A stretch of 63,344 bases of DNA, the filler included. It is 11 parts of 11 records of this genome, joined end to end, with 100 filler letters (N's around TTAATTAATTAA, not from the genome) between each part and the next. Parts side by side here need not be neighbours in the genome. Positions count along the whole stretch, not along the records: positions 11,032 to 15,440 come from SRR7504441_4104; positions 15,541 to 23,475 come from SRR7504441_4105; 9 more parts are not named here. The stretch is one strand, 5' to 3'. This document shows positions 10,932-23,322 of the stretch, piece by piece. The position numbers and the translations under genes are program-made. Within the stretch, counting starts at the first letter, position 1, and each line of letters opens with the position of its first letter. The notes beneath the pieces were generated by a model, which worked only from the letters and a program-made list of their open reading frames with translations, had not been told where the DNA came from and searched no databases.

Positions 10932-11130
10932 NNNNNNNNNNNNNNNNNNNNNNNNNNNNNNNNNNNNNNNNNNNNTTAATTAATTAANNNNNNNNNNNNN
11001 NNNNNNNNNNNNNNNNNNNNNNNNNNNNNNNATTGTTTATTACGTACAAAGACAAACGCTCTAGTTGGCTAACGCTACCGACTGTCTATCCCTACACCTG
11101 CCTAATGCAGTCCGGGTCAGTTATCTAAGA

Positions 11131-12472
11131 CTACATGTATTTATCACCGGGATGACCTTCTTCCATCTCGTCAACCAACGGAAAGTAAGACTCGAGGCTG
11201 CCTCTCCGTCTGATGTCCATAGTACCGCAATGCAGCCCGCCGCCAAACTCGACCACATTCTTGTAGGGCACCGTGACAACCTCCATTCCGAGCGACGACA
11301 GCTGATCGATCATCGGCCGGTCGTGCTCCATCACTGCTACCTTGTCCGGGGACAGAGGAAGCACGTTCATCGCAATCCACTTGCCGCTCTTACCGTGGTA
11401 GTCCGGATCCACCGTGTAGTGATCCTCAGGCTCAACGCACGGGACGATTTCCCAACCGTTCTCCCGAAAGACTGAAACATCTTCAATCACGTTAGGTGCA
11501 GCCAGCAGCAGCCCTGGTCTGAGAGGCATGATGCTGGCGTCGATGTGCGAAGGGTTGAGCACGGAGGGCATGTGCAGCAGGTGCGCCCGCACCCCCCGAC
11601 GCCCCAGCTGCCGCTCTATCCATTGAAAGCTGCGCCCGCGACTGTCAAGGCACCAGCGTTTTCTAAGGTGCTACCCTGCCAGATTGCACGTGTGCGAGTG
11701 CAGCACGAACACGTCCTTCCCGCACCTGACCAGACTCAGCGCCCGGCATGTCTCCGCAGCACCGGATGATATCGGCGGCGTCGAAGCACGGCTCCACCCA
11801 GTCGTGTGTCACAAACTCGCGGCGTGCCATCTGCTCCGCCCGCTGCTCGGCCTGATCAGCGTACCCGTCCCGGTACAGCTCGTCCCGGAGCGCGGGCAAC
11901 GGGGCGGCGGTCCAGAGCCTGCCCCTGTCTCGCCCCGGGTGCGGCCCGGGCAGCTACATATTTGGGTCATCCCGGTGATATTGCATCAGCAGATCTTTGT
12001 ACGCGGTGAGCTCAAAGTTGCGGGAGCGCCAAGGGGTGGCCGCCTCGAGCACCTCGTTCCCGACCACCGTGATCACGTCCCGCGGGCATGTCCAGCCGTT
12101 GGCCGCGGCGCTCGTAAAGTGCGGCGTCTCAAACCCTTTGTTCGGCTCCACCCTCGGCCGGCGGACAGTCACTCCGTGCTGCTCGAGCACAGCGCAGAAG
12201 TTGTCCAGCTCGGCCGCGGCCAGCTCAATCTTGGCCGGGTCCCGAGGCCCGGTCGCGGCCAGCGTGTTGGGCAGGTGGAACACTTTGGCCTCCTCGGCCG
12301 GGTGGAGCGGTGGGACGGCACTTCCGCCGGCCAAGCCGACCACCACTTCCTCCAACGGATCCCACTCGTTCCACGAGTTCACAACGCCTGGCCTGCTGCA
12401 CAGCCCCCGGCCCAGCAGCCTCCGGCCCAGCGGCCTCCGGACCCCGCCGCCCAGCCTGGCCACGCTCCGCAT
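11131..12472 (-). CDS. GATM: L-arginine:glycine amidinotransferase-like protein with mitochondrial-type presequence, 4 exons
   Basis: VNSWNEWDPLEEVVVG, CPRD, FDAAD, HIDA, MNVL and GGGLHC motifs; three GT-AG introns (39, 37, 45 nt); Arg-rich, acid-free N-terminus. Confidence 0.85.
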
Positions 12473-12545
12473 TTGCTCCCAACAGCCGAGCCTCAATCGC
12501 GTGATTCGCGTCACACCGGGACAATTTTTATTAGCGCTGCCGGTA

Positions 12546-13674
12546 ATGCCGACTGGGTTGACTCACTGCGTGCTGCCTGCCCTTCTCGCGGGCATGGCGC
12601 TCGCGGGCGCGGGCTCCAGGATCGAAAAGACCGTCTATCATCTGAACCCAAAGACTGCGGGCTCGCTGCCCCTGGACATGGACACGGGGGACGCCCGCGG
12701 CGACCTGGTGAGCGGGGGAACTGGCACCGGGGCCGGTCACTGCCGGTGGGGCAGTACTTCTACCTGGGCCAGTTCCTGCTCCCGCTCGAGTGCAAGAACG
12801 TGTCGGCCCAGAGCCGGGCACATTTCGACTGCGATAACGCCGAGCGTCGGGGGCCGGACCTTGTGGTAACCGAGGTGCAGCTGGAGATGGATTCCCGATT
12901 CACTGGGTACTCGGCCTGCAACCTTTGCAACGGCAGTGACCCCTTCTCCCGCAAGCCGTGCAAGGTCGGCCGCGGGCCCGGCCGGGGGCTCAACCCACCC
13001 AGGTGGGCACGTACATCTGCGATTGCGAGAGCGACCACGACGGCGGACCGCCTTGCCTGCACCAGCGGGTGGGCTACGCCAACGTGACCAAGAAGTTCGG
13101 CCCGTCTCACCCGACGGCCAAGTGCTCAGCTGCGCTCAACTCGACCTGTGGGTCAAAGCGGGACGATCAGAACAGCTGCTGGCGATGTGTCGAGTTCCAC
13201 GGAAAGGCGCTGTCGGGGCAAGGCTGCCAAATGAACGACTTTGAGCACTTTTGCCCCAACCCGTGGGATAAGTGCAACCCGGACTTCCCGCCTGTTGTCG
13301 AGTGGTCGTGCTGGGAGGCCAATATTCCTCGGAAGACCGGAGGCTCCTGGTTCTCTACTCTCAAAGAGGGCATGGGCAAGAGTTGGACCGCCAAGGGCAT
13401 GAAGACCATCAAAGAGTCGTGCCTCAAGGACACGCTGATCGGTGCGGTGGAGGCGCATGATTCGCAGGGCTGCTTTGGGGGCTGCGGTGCTGTGAGGAAT
13501 GAGAGCAGCGCTTGCTGGATAGGCTGCTTCTTTGACACGCTCCTGGGCCCCGACGCAGCCCGCTCGACTGCGCTGCCTCTCGCAGGGATGTCCATAGATG
13601 CGATTGAGCGCGGATGGACTGATGCGTTTGACGGCCGGTGTCCTGAACTCAACGTTAGCTACGCTCTGGCTTGA
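12546..13674 (+). CDS. Secreted cysteine-rich protein of unknown function, 3 exons
   Basis: Signal peptide; introns of 47 and 38 nt join three ORF pieces into one frame with about 20 Cys. Confidence 0.75.
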
Positions 13675-13859
13675 TCTTGACACACTGAAGTACGCTGCTC
13701 AATTTCAACCGATTCGCTGCTTGGCACTATGCAGAGTGTTGTTACTTTATTGTGAGCATTAAAATCACGGATCAAAACCAACCAGTTGACCGATTCGATT
13801 CGCGAGTCGCTACCCAAGCGCTTTCTATATGTACATATGGTACCTATACTCTCGACCAA

Positions 13860-14468
13860 TCAGCTAGCTGCAGTGCTCGGCTCTACAGCTCGAACCGCGC
13901 TATTGTTCGAGAGGAGAAGTAGCAGGGTCTTCCATAGCAGCGATGTGCAGTTATCGTACAAGATCCTTTGCCGATTCGGAACAAACCGGAAGTTGATGGT
14001 TTGGAACACGGCGTGGGTGGCCACTGCGCTCGAGTAGGCCTTGGGGAACACGTCCCACCAAAACGGGCCGCACGCACTCGGGTCGCCCGTTTTGACCAGG
14101 CAGATGTATACCAGCACACTGGACACGTACATTGGCCCGTTCAGCCCGAGGTCCAGCGCCACTTTGGGCACGATCATCCGGGCGCTGGTGCCGCTTAGCC
14201 GCCGGTCAAGCAACCCGTACCATTTGTGAAACCAGGGCGCGTGCACCATCAGCCCCCAGGCCGACATGGCCGCTGTTTGCTCCGGCCGGTACGGCTCGTC
14301 CCCCAGCCGCTGGGCGATGACGTCCCCGGCGGCCATCAGCGAGCAGGAGGTGAGCATCTTAGTTTGGAGAGGCCGGGCGGCCAGCTGAGCCTCGTACGCC
14401 CGCCAGCTCGGTCGGCTCAAAACCCAGTCGCCCAGCCGACAGGCTGCACCGACCAACCGCGCCGCCAT
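13860..14468 (-). CDS. Mpv17/PMP22 family membrane protein
   Basis: RPLQTKMLTS, GDVIAQ, HKWYGLLD, KVALD and QTINFRFVP motifs. Confidence 0.9.
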   Translation of the reverse strand: MAARLVGAACRLGDWVLSRPSWRAYEAQLAARPLQTKMLTSCSLMAAGDVIAQRLGDEPYRPEQTAAMSAWGLMVHAPWFHKWYGLLDRRLSGTSARMIVPKVALDLGLNGPMYVSSVLVYICLVKTGDPSACGPFWWDVFPKAYSSAVATHAVFQTINFRFVPNRQRILYDNCTSLLWKTLLLLLSNNSAVRAVEPSTAAS

Positions 14469-14584
14469 CGCACGCGTCGGCTGCCGAGCAAGCGCCTAGA
14501 CACACAGTTCGCCCGGTGCCGGCCTCGGACAGTGGCAGTGTGGACGGGGCCGTTGTCCCAACGGGCAGAGGCCCGGCGTTGGCC

Positions 14585-15129
14585 ATGGTGGGAGCCTACC
14601 GGTGCTGGGCGAGGGGGCGCAGGCTCAGGACGACTTTAGCCTGGTGGCCATCATCGGCGACCACGTGGCTGCCCCGCCGGCCGGCCGGCGAGCCGGGCGT
14701 CAGGACACTTGCGCGGGGTTCTTGCTGTCCGGGATAGGCGACCTGGACCGGGGCAAGGGCTCTAATTACATGAAGGTCGAAGGAAGTGCGCCCGGCCAGC
14801 CGGGCCCGAGGCGAGCCGGCGGGCAGGCACCGAGACCCCGCAGATCGAGGCCAAATTTGACGAGCTTACCGGCCGGGATGACGTGGCAATCATCGTTATC
14901 AACCAATGGGTGCCGGCCTGGGACCGACCCGGCGAGGCTCGGGCAGATCGCCGATCGGATTGATAGCAAGATCCGGGACTACAACCAGCTGATGCCCACC
15001 ATAGTGCTGGTCCCGTCCAAGGACAAGCCGTGCGGCCTGTGCCGGGCGGGACGGTCACCGGCGGACAGGTACGACCCCAATACCGACCCCGTGTTCAATC
15101 GGATTCAGCGGATGATGGGCCGCGGGTGA
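14585..15129 (+). CDS. ATP6V1F: V-type ATPase subunit F, 6 exons
   Basis: Five 35-41 nt introns (first directly after the ATG, 14588-14622) give MAQDDFSLVAIIGDHDTCAGFLLSGIG...RDDVAIIVINQWIAD...IVLVPSKDKPYDPNTDPVFNR. Confidence 0.9.
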
Positions 15130-15540
15130 GTGGAGGCCGCCAGGATACTGAACCGCGTTGAAAGTGTGCTGTTGCAAACACGAATAATTGCGTGCCGATG
15201 AAACAACTGCATGCGGAAGATCATTAGAAGATCATAGATTTGATGAATTCATGTGCGCTATAATCCGTGTATACAGCTTATATACAGCCCGACGGCTCGA
15301 TGCCAGATCAATCATCGTGAGTGGGCGCCATGCAGGTCTAATTTATTGATTTGGTATATAGGCGCGCGCTAGAATAGCTCGGGGGGGAGGTCGGCCCGGG
15401 GCGGGTAGGAGGTCTGAGTCCCCGGCCTGGTCACTGAGCGNNNNNNNNNNNNNNNNNNNNNNNNNNNNNNNNNNNNNNNNNNNNTTAATTAATTAANNNN
15501 NNNNNNNNNNNNNNNNNNNNNNNNNNNNNNNNNNNNNNNN

Positions 15541-17676
15541 GGGATTGTCACTGGAATCGGCCGGATGGATTATGCGAACGGCGACCAGGCCGAGGGCACG
15601 TTTGTCGATGGACTGCGTGAGGGCCGCGGCATGTGCACCACTGCCAGAGGCGACAGCATGCGCGGTGACTGGAAGGCCGACAAGATGGACGGGCGCGGCG
15701 AAGTGGTGTATGCCAGCGGAGATAAGTACGAAGGTATGTTCGAGGCCGGTCGGCGGCACGGCGAAGGCACCTGCACCATGAGTGATGGGAACGTGTACCA
15801 AGGAAACTTTGAATTCGACTTCTTCTCAGGCGAAGGGATCATGATGGCCGCCGACAAGAGCGTCTACAAGGGCCAGTGGAAGCGAGGGTTCAGGAGCGGC
15901 ACTGGCGAGGCCACAGAGTTGGACGGGACCACGTACACCGGCCAGTTCTTGGAGGACTCCAAAAACGGGGAGGGCTGCTGCGTCTACCCGTCTGGCAATG
16001 TGTACACTGGCAGCTGGGTCGACGGCTCGCGGGAAGGTCAGGGGACCTACTTGTTCCAGGATGCACCAGTTGTCGACAGCGATGTGATGGAGGGCGCTGA
16101 GCCCCGCAACTCGTTCCAAGGCAGCTGGAAGAACAATGTGCGGGCCGGGCCGGGTACTTGTGTGTACTCAACCGGGCACGAGTACAGCGGCGAGTGGGCG
16201 GACGACATGAGGCACGGAGATGGGCAAATGACCTACCAGCCTGGCGGGACGACCTACCAGGGCAAGTGGAGCTGCGACCGGAAGGAAGGTTTCGGGGTGC
16301 TCACAGACCCAAGCAGGAACGAGAGCTACGAGGGAGAGTGGCTGGCCGACATGCGGCACGGCAAGGGCCTTTGCAAGACTGAGGACGGCGCGACGTACAC
16401 TGGCAACTGGGAGGATGATGCACGGAGCGGGCTGGGCACGGTCGAGAGCGAGGACGGCAGCCGGTACGAAGGCGCCTGGAAGGCTGGGCTGCGGCATGGC
16501 TGGGGCACAATCGTGTTTGCTGCCAAGAGCGAGGGTGAGATGCAAGAGTCGTGGGAGGGAGAGATGCAGGGTGACAAGATGCATGGATTCGGCACATACA
16601 GCTACAGCAACGGCGATGTGTATGAAGGCAAGATGGCAGCCGGGGTACGCTCTGGCAAGGGCACTATCACCTACGCTAACGGCGATGTGTATGAGGGCCT
16701 GTGGGAGAACGATGTCAAGCATGGGAAAGGAATCTACGTGGAGGCCAACGGGGTGCGATTCGACGGAACTTACGAAGCCGATTTGCGGCAAGGTGCCGGC
16801 AAGCTCTCATGGAGCGACGGCTCGTTCTTCCACGGCGACTGGCACGAGGGTAAACTGGAGGGAGAGGGCATCTGGACCTATGCAGAGGGCCACACCTGCC
16901 AGGTGCGATTCCAGGGCGACGGGCGGATGGTTGAAGCTGTCTATTCGGATTCGAGCAAGTACGAGGGCGAGTTTGTGTCTGGAATGCGTGAAGGCCACGG
17001 CAACTTCACCTCAGTCACTGGGTACCGGTACAACGGAGCATGGAACAGTGACTTCCAGACTGGACAGGGGATGTGCACCTATTCAAACGGCAATGTGTAC
17101 ACAGGTGAGTGGCTCAACGGCTTGCAGAGCGGCGTAGGCAAGATGCAGTATGCTAATGGCGATGTTTACGAGGGCAGCTGGGAGGCTGGCCAGCGGTCAG
17201 GCCACGGTGTGCAGTTCTATGCATCTGGCGCCAAATATTATGGCACATGGCAAGCTGATGCCTGGGTCAAGGGCACGCATTACAGCGAGGAGGGCCCAGT
17301 ATATGACGGCGAGTTCAGTGAAGGGCAGCCGCACGGCAGGGGCAAGTGCACCTGGATGGATGACAGTGTGTACGAAGGAATGTGGGAGAACGGCAGGCGG
17401 GAGGGTGCCAATGGACACATGACATATGCAACTGGGGAGGAGTTCACTGGCATGTGGCACGACAACAAGCGTGAAGGGCTGGGCCGTGCCAAGTTTGCCA
17501 ATGGCGATGTGTATGAGGGCGGATGGTCTAATGACATGCGCAATGGTGAGGGCAGGATGGAGTATGCCAATGGGGAAGTGTACCACGGGGGCTGGAAGGA
17601 TGGGCGCAAGCATGGAGTGGGCAAGGAGATCTACCCGAACGGCGACGAGTACGAGGGAACCTTTGGCGTGGCATGA
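15541..17676 (+). CDS. Long MORN-repeat protein (5' truncated)
   Basis: Close to 30 repeats of YxGxWxxGxRxGxG; no introns; frame open from the contig start. Confidence 0.92.
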   Translation, partial: GIVTGIGRMDYANGDQAEGTFVDGLREGRGMCTTARGDSMRGDWKADKMDGRGEVVYASGDKYEGMFEAGRRHGEGTCTMSDGNVYQGNFEFDFFSGEGIMMAADKSVYKGQWKRGFRSGTGEATELDGTTYTGQFLEDSKNGEGCCVYPSGNVYTGSWVDGSREGQGTYLFQDAPVVDSDVMEGAEPRNSFQGSWKNNVRAGPGTCVYSTGHEYSGEWADDMRHGDGQMTYQPGGTTYQGKWSCDRKEGFGVLTDPSRNESYEGEWLADMRHGKGLCKTEDGATYTGNWEDDARSGLGTVESEDGSRYEGAWKAGLRHGWGTIVFAAKSEGEMQESWEGEMQGDKMHGFGTYSYSNGDVYEGKMAAGVRSGKGTITYANGDVYEGLWENDVKHGKGIYVEANGVRFDGTYEADLRQGAGKLSWSDGSFFHGDWHEGKLEGEGIWTYAEGHTCQVRFQGDGRMVEAVYSDSSKYEGEFVSGMREGHGNFTSVTGYRYNGAWNSDFQTGQGMCTYSNGNVYTGEWLNGLQSGVGKMQYANGDVYEGSWEAGQRSGHGVQFYASGAKYYGTWQADAWVKGTHYSEEGPVYDGEFSEGQPHGRGKCTWMDDSVYEGMWENGRREGANGHMTYATGEEFTGMWHDNKREGLGRAKFANGDVYEGGWSNDMRNGEGRMEYANGEVYHGGWKDGRKHGVGKEIYPNGDEYEGTFGVA

Positions 17677-18070
17677 GACGCGGGGATCATTGACTCATTA
17701 ATGTGTTAGAATTCGAGCTCGAATGTTGATTGCTTAATTGCTTATTTCTTAGATAAAAACCAAAATGGAATAGTTCTAAGCCATGCAAAATTAATAGAAA
17801 AACGTAGTGTTTCAGGCATCAATTGTAAAGGAATTGGACTCTTGAAATGTTTATGCCAACATTTAAATAGATCTAATGTGATAAATTTTCTGTGACACGA
17901 TTGTACCATGTACTGGTACAATGAATGTCACCATGTAATGTTTCATGCTTGCTATGCGTAATGACTTATGTATGTTTGTTTTGCTTCGTGACCTGCGGAC
18001 TTGTACCCTCTAGGTATCTTCTATTGACTCAAAGCATTGACAATTGTATGACAGGTGTACAGGGGCAAGC

Positions 18071-20660
18071 TCACAACTGATCATAACAGGGTGCAGGCGG
18101 GGGTGCGTCGTAGTCATAAACGTCGTAATCTTCGTCGTAGCCCGTTGAGAGCAAGGCCTCTTTCTCATCGTAGTCATAGCCCTCGGCGCGAGGAGGTGCG
18201 ACTTCCGACTTCTCCTCCTCGGGGCAGCCAGCAGCTTTGAAAGCCTCGGTTGCCATGTCTGAATCGATCATGCCAAACATGAACTCTGCCTCATTCTCGC
18301 ACTTGTTGACAAAAGTTGTGGACACCTCCTCGTTCTCGCCCCTTTGGACCAGGACCTCTGTGACCTTGGCCTTTACAACTGTGTCCCAGTACGGCTTGGC
18401 TGCCTTGATTACATCGAGCAGCTCGCTGAAGTCTTCTCTCAGTTCGGCGACGTACTCTGGGCTGGGCCGGTACTTGGCAGGGTCGAGGATCTTCGGGGAA
18501 TCAGGTCGAGCGATAGTTTTCTGAATGAATTTCCCGTACGGCTCCAGCCAGGGGATCACCATGTCCGAATACCGACTCTTCTTGCCGGTCACCTGTGTCC
18601 ACCGGAATCAGCCCCAAAGCCGGTCCTTGGCCAGCTGCCTGTGCAGCTTCCCAGTCCGCTTTGGAGGGCAGCAGCTCCGCCAGATCCATCCCCGTGACAT
18701 CGAACCCGGCGGTCATCACCTTGCTCACCAGCTTGGCTGACGACAAGCCTTTGAGTGTCTCAGCCGCCTGAGCCCACAGCTGAGCCCGCAGCAGCCAGGC
18801 CAGCACCTTGAAGCCCAGCCCGCACAGCGCAAGGCTAAACCGGGCCTCGCTGCCTCTGTAGCCCATCCCCTTCTTGCCTTTCTGGATGTCCTTGATTGCC
18901 TCTTGCTCCATCCGGGTCATGCTCCACTTCACCATTGCCTGCACGCTGTTCAGCCATGTGAACTCAGAGGGCAGCACCAGGAATGTGCCCAGCCTGTCTT
19001 CGCCTCGATCCACAGGGGTTCGAAACAGCATGTCATCCAAAAAATGCTTTTTGAGGCTGTCGGTGGTCTTGCCCGAAATGTTTCCGATAGCCTCGACCAC
19101 TTGATCAATCAGCTCGGTTGGCGGCATCTCCGGCGTCTGAGTCCCCATTTCGTCACATGCTTTCTCGACCATCTGCATCCGCAGCTGAGTGGGGACGGAG
19201 CCTGGGAGGATGCTACCTTGAAATACATAGGGAGGAGCACGTCCTTGGCCATCTGGCTGGCGAACTCGAGCGCATTCTCGAATTGGAAGAACACGAGGCT
19301 GCGCTGTGCTTGGAAGAATTGGCATGCAGCGAGGATTGACAGAAAAGGCATGTCACGATCCATTTGGCGGTTAAAGCTTCGCTCGTAGCCATTAGCATCG
19401 ACCATAATTTGAGTTTGCCGGATGATCTGGGTGATCACCTCCACCAGCTTGACATGCCTGCCGACCGCGCTCAGCGCACCCTGAGCCGAACCTACCAGCT
19501 GAACTCGACCTCAAGCTTGGCAGAGAGCATATCCTTGAGCGTCACGCCGCCCGCGCCGCCCAGATCAGCCGCCGCGAACCCGAGACCGAGCTTGGCGGAC
19601 GCCTCGGGCAGGATGTGATCCAAGTCGTGCGTGACCGCCTCCAGAGGCTTGCTCGGGTCCACACCCGAGAACGCAGCCAGCCGCAACACTCGCTGGCCTC
19701 CCACGTCGCAGCATCCGACACGAATCGAGTCAAACGGCTTGTTGGACACTAGCCCGGTCCGGATCAGCTCGCGGGGGATGTCGTTCACCATCTTTTGGAC
19801 CACCGGCATCGCATAGTCGTCAAAGCATTGTTCGATCCCCTTCGCGAGCGCTTCCAACTGAGCTTCATCTGCGCCCTCCTTGACAGCGAAATCGACCACC
19901 GCCGCCAGCCCGCACTCCTCGTTCGGCGGACCAATCGCGGCCAGCTCCTCGGCCCCGCCGGGTCGGACATACATGTGCAGCTCGCTGCGGACATCGGAAT
20001 CGCCCACCTTGACAGTCAGCTGGTTGCTCGAGCGGCCGGCGGGATCATCCGGCGCGATCTTGTTCATGGACCCGACCAACCGCTTGATCCAGAGCGGGAT
20101 CATCAGCTTGACCTTCAGCGCCAGCTGCCGCATTGCCCATGCACCCTCGGCGTCGTCCTCCACCTCCTCCTCCACGATTTTCTTGATCTTGGCTTGATCG
20201 TACCGGGTCATGTTTTCGGTCTCGGTCTTGCTGTAGTCCCAAAAGAACTGGTCCTGCAGCTTGCGCACCTCGGCCTGCTCCCCGCTCATCGCCTTCTCAA
20301 AGCTCTCAAGATCGGCCGTGTTGACACGATCCAGCTTTGGGCACTTGGGGTCGGTGAACCAGGCCACCAGCTCGCTCTTGGAGATCTTCCCGCTGCCGTC
20401 CTGTGCAGGGCTGAGCCCCAGGGCCGGCCCCGGGCCGCACTGTGTCGAGCCGCTTGACCACAATGTCGAGCATCGGGTCCGGGAGCGGCATGTCCATAGC
20501 CGCCAGCAGCCCCCCGAACTCGGCCTGTCCCCAAATCCCAACGCCCGACCGGGGGGCACACCGGGTCGATCTCGCCGCTCCCGTCCACGTCATAATGCGA
20601 GAAGAGCTCGTCCACCTCTGCCTCCGACAGGCCCAACTTCCGTCCGAGTCTGGCGTCCAT
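18071..20660 (-). CDS. EF-hand pair plus long domain of unknown function, about 7 exons
   Basis: DVDGSGEIDPAE and DTDGSGKISKSE loops after splicing; short introns link ORFs 19492-20559, 19109-19444, 18501-19325 and 18071-18592. The last intron, 18593-18638, is GC-AG. Confidence 0.72.
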
Positions 20661-21201
20661 CGTCGTTAGATCTACCGTTGGGACGGAGAGAGATTTCGCA
20701 ACGGTAAAGTGGAAGAGGCGTTGGATAGAGAGGAGGCGTACCTTTAGAAGAAGCTTAGCCAAGATGAGACCACATCCGCTGCGGCCGGGGCCGTGACCAG
20801 TCACTCGATGCTGGCTTCCGTCTCGAACGCCTCCTCGTGCAACATTGTCCGCCGGCTCTAGACGCGTACTGTCCTGGTTCAAGCAATTTCAAGCTGAAGG
20901 CACGAATACTCGTTGCTACGTTCGACATCGTATCAGAAGCGCGCCCCGGAGCGGGTCGCACGGATCCGGGCGGCTAGGAAGATTGGAGCTAGCTGGGACC
21001 ACGGCTTTCGGGCTTTCACCCGACGCGCCAGTTCACGTTCTGTCTTGTCCGTTACTCGGTTCCATCTGAACACCCGGCGAGGCACTCCCCTCTCACCAGC
21101 GGTCAGCTGCGCGGGCCGGGGCTGAGCGGCGGGGAGTCGACGCGCGTCAGCGGGGGCAGCCGAGCGCGGGCAGGCCGGCTGGGCTCGACCGCGCCGAGCC
21201 A

Positions 21202-22980
21202 ATGGAGCCCCCGCCCGATCCGATGAGCCAGGCGGTCGGCTTCACCCAGCCGGGCTTCACCCAGGTGCGCGGCGCGGGCCCGGGCGGCGGGCCGAGGGCT
21301 CGGGGCAGCCGGTGCCGGAGGAGGACTTTTCGACTGAGGGTGGCACCGAGCCGGAGCAGGCCGATGAGGAGGCTGACGGTCAGACGCACATCTACGTGCT
21401 GCTGCGCACCGACCTCGAGGAGGTGGTGGATCTGGGCTACGGAGCGAACTTCACGCTAGGCCGGGGCAACAGCTGCGAGTACACGATCGAGGACCAGAGC
21501 GTGTCGGCGAAGCATTGCGAAATCAATAATCCGCGCCCCAATTTGTACGAGATGACCGACCTCAGTTCGAACGGTACCTACCTCGATCAGGCCCGGATGC
21601 GAGTGGAGAAGAGCAAAACGGTCGAGCTGACCGACGGGATGGAGCTGGTGGTGAAGAAGAAGTTCAAGGGCAAGCCCAAGATCTCGTTTGTCTTCTCGGT
21701 CCGCCGCAGCCTCGCGTGCCGTGCTCAGGGCGAGCAGGTGTATCCGAGGGTCGCGGGTCTGCCGGAGCCCGGGTTTCTGAACCTCCAGCGGAACTACAAA
21801 TTCGACTTCGAGGGCGCCGGTCAGCGACTAGGGTCCGGCACCTTCGCAGAAGTGTTCAAAGGCAACCGCACGAGGCTCGCACGCGCCGACCGCTGTGCCT
21901 GCAGGGACCTGCCGCAACTCCTCAAAGCTGGTGGCGATCAAGGTGCGGGCCCTGCCCGGGCCGAGCGAGCCGGCGGGCGACAGGCGGTGGACAAGAAGAA
22001 GGTGCAGGTGCACACTTCGCTCAGCCAGCAGTCGATACAAGACGTGCGTTCGTGGCGCGAATCAGCCGACCCGGGGCGGCAGGAATTCAAAATTCTGAAG
22101 CAGCTGCAGCACAACGGGATCGTGCGGGTGTTTGACGTGTTCGACACGCAAGACAAGCTGTACATTGTGCTCGAGCGAGCTACAGGCGGCGAGCTGTTTG
22201 ATGCTGTGCTGGAGAGACAGTATAATGAGAGCGACGCTCGTCACGTGTTCAGACAGGTCCGACCGGCTGCCGGCCAGCCCAGTGAGGTGGGGGCAGATGG
22301 TGGAGGCGATCCAGTACCTGCACGACAATGGTGTCGTACACAGGGACTTGAAGCCTGAGGTGCTGCTCAGTGCTGCTCCGCTGAGCTGCCTGGGACAGAA
22401 CGTGCTGATAGCCTCCAAGACGCCCACCAGGGCCAAGCAGCGGGTGGTGCTAACGGATTTCGGACTCTCCCGGCTGGTGGGTGCCGAGAGTTTTATGCAA
22501 ACAGTGTGTGGCACGCCGCAGTATCTAGCTCCGGAGGCTTTCCCGGCCCCAGGCCAGTCAGTTGCTGCAGGCTACGACAAGCAGGTAGACATGTGGAGCC
22601 TGGGCGTGATCTTGTACATCCTGATCAGCAAGACCATGCCGTTCGCCGGGCCCACGCCCAGCTGCCCCAACCGGACCACTGTCGAGAGCCAAGTGCGGTC
22701 GGCCCAGATTTCGTTTCCTGAGGGCCCGAGCGAAGAATTTAACTGGGCCAGCGCCTCGCTGTCGGTTAAGAACCTAATACAACGGCTGCTCACGAAGGAG
22801 CCCTCAAAGCGCGCCACGCCCAAGCAAGTCCTTGAGCACTCGTGGATGAGGGGCCGGCCACACCCTTCAGAGGAGGAGGAGGCGGCCGTAGTAAAGACGC
22901 CACAACGGCCGTCGCCCAAGCGGAAGCGGAACACGGGGCCGCGAGAGACGGACAAGAACAAGACGGTTAGGGTCAATTGA
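21202..22980 (+). CDS. CHEK2: Checkpoint kinase 2-like (SQ/TQ cluster + FHA + CAMK-type kinase), 8 exons
   Basis: N-terminal SQ..TQ..TQ; FHA motifs LGR, VSAKHC, DLSSNGTY; kinase motifs LGSGTFAEV, VAIK, HRDLKPEN, DFG, TVCGTPQYLAPE. One GC-AG intron at 21862-21904. Confidence 0.85.
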
Positions 22981-23322
22981 GATAGATAGGCTGCGAGCTC
23001 ACCGAGCTGCGCTCTTTACGAATGTTGCATCTAGTGCTAAGGGAATTCAACATATACTATTCTTTATTAAAGAAGCCCACTTCACTATAATTGTGTGTGC
23101 GTACTCGGACGAGTGTGTGCGTACGGTACTTAAATTAAGTACTTGTACTCGTACTCTTACTACTCGTACTCCGAGGCGTACTCTGAGGCGTACTCGACTA
23201 CCGTACATGTACTCGTACTGGGCTAGACAACCGAGACACCATTCCCTCAACGAGCACCAAAGCACGCGGTACGCATACATGCCTCACCAGTGTCACTTGT
23301 CGGCACAGCCACCGTGGTCCCA

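Noticed and set aside
20661-21201. Hidden ncRNA in the larger divergent gaps (also 41207-41806)
   Set aside because: No tRNA cloverleaf, snRNA or snoRNA box pattern was recognisable by eye; an Infernal/Rfam scan would be needed.
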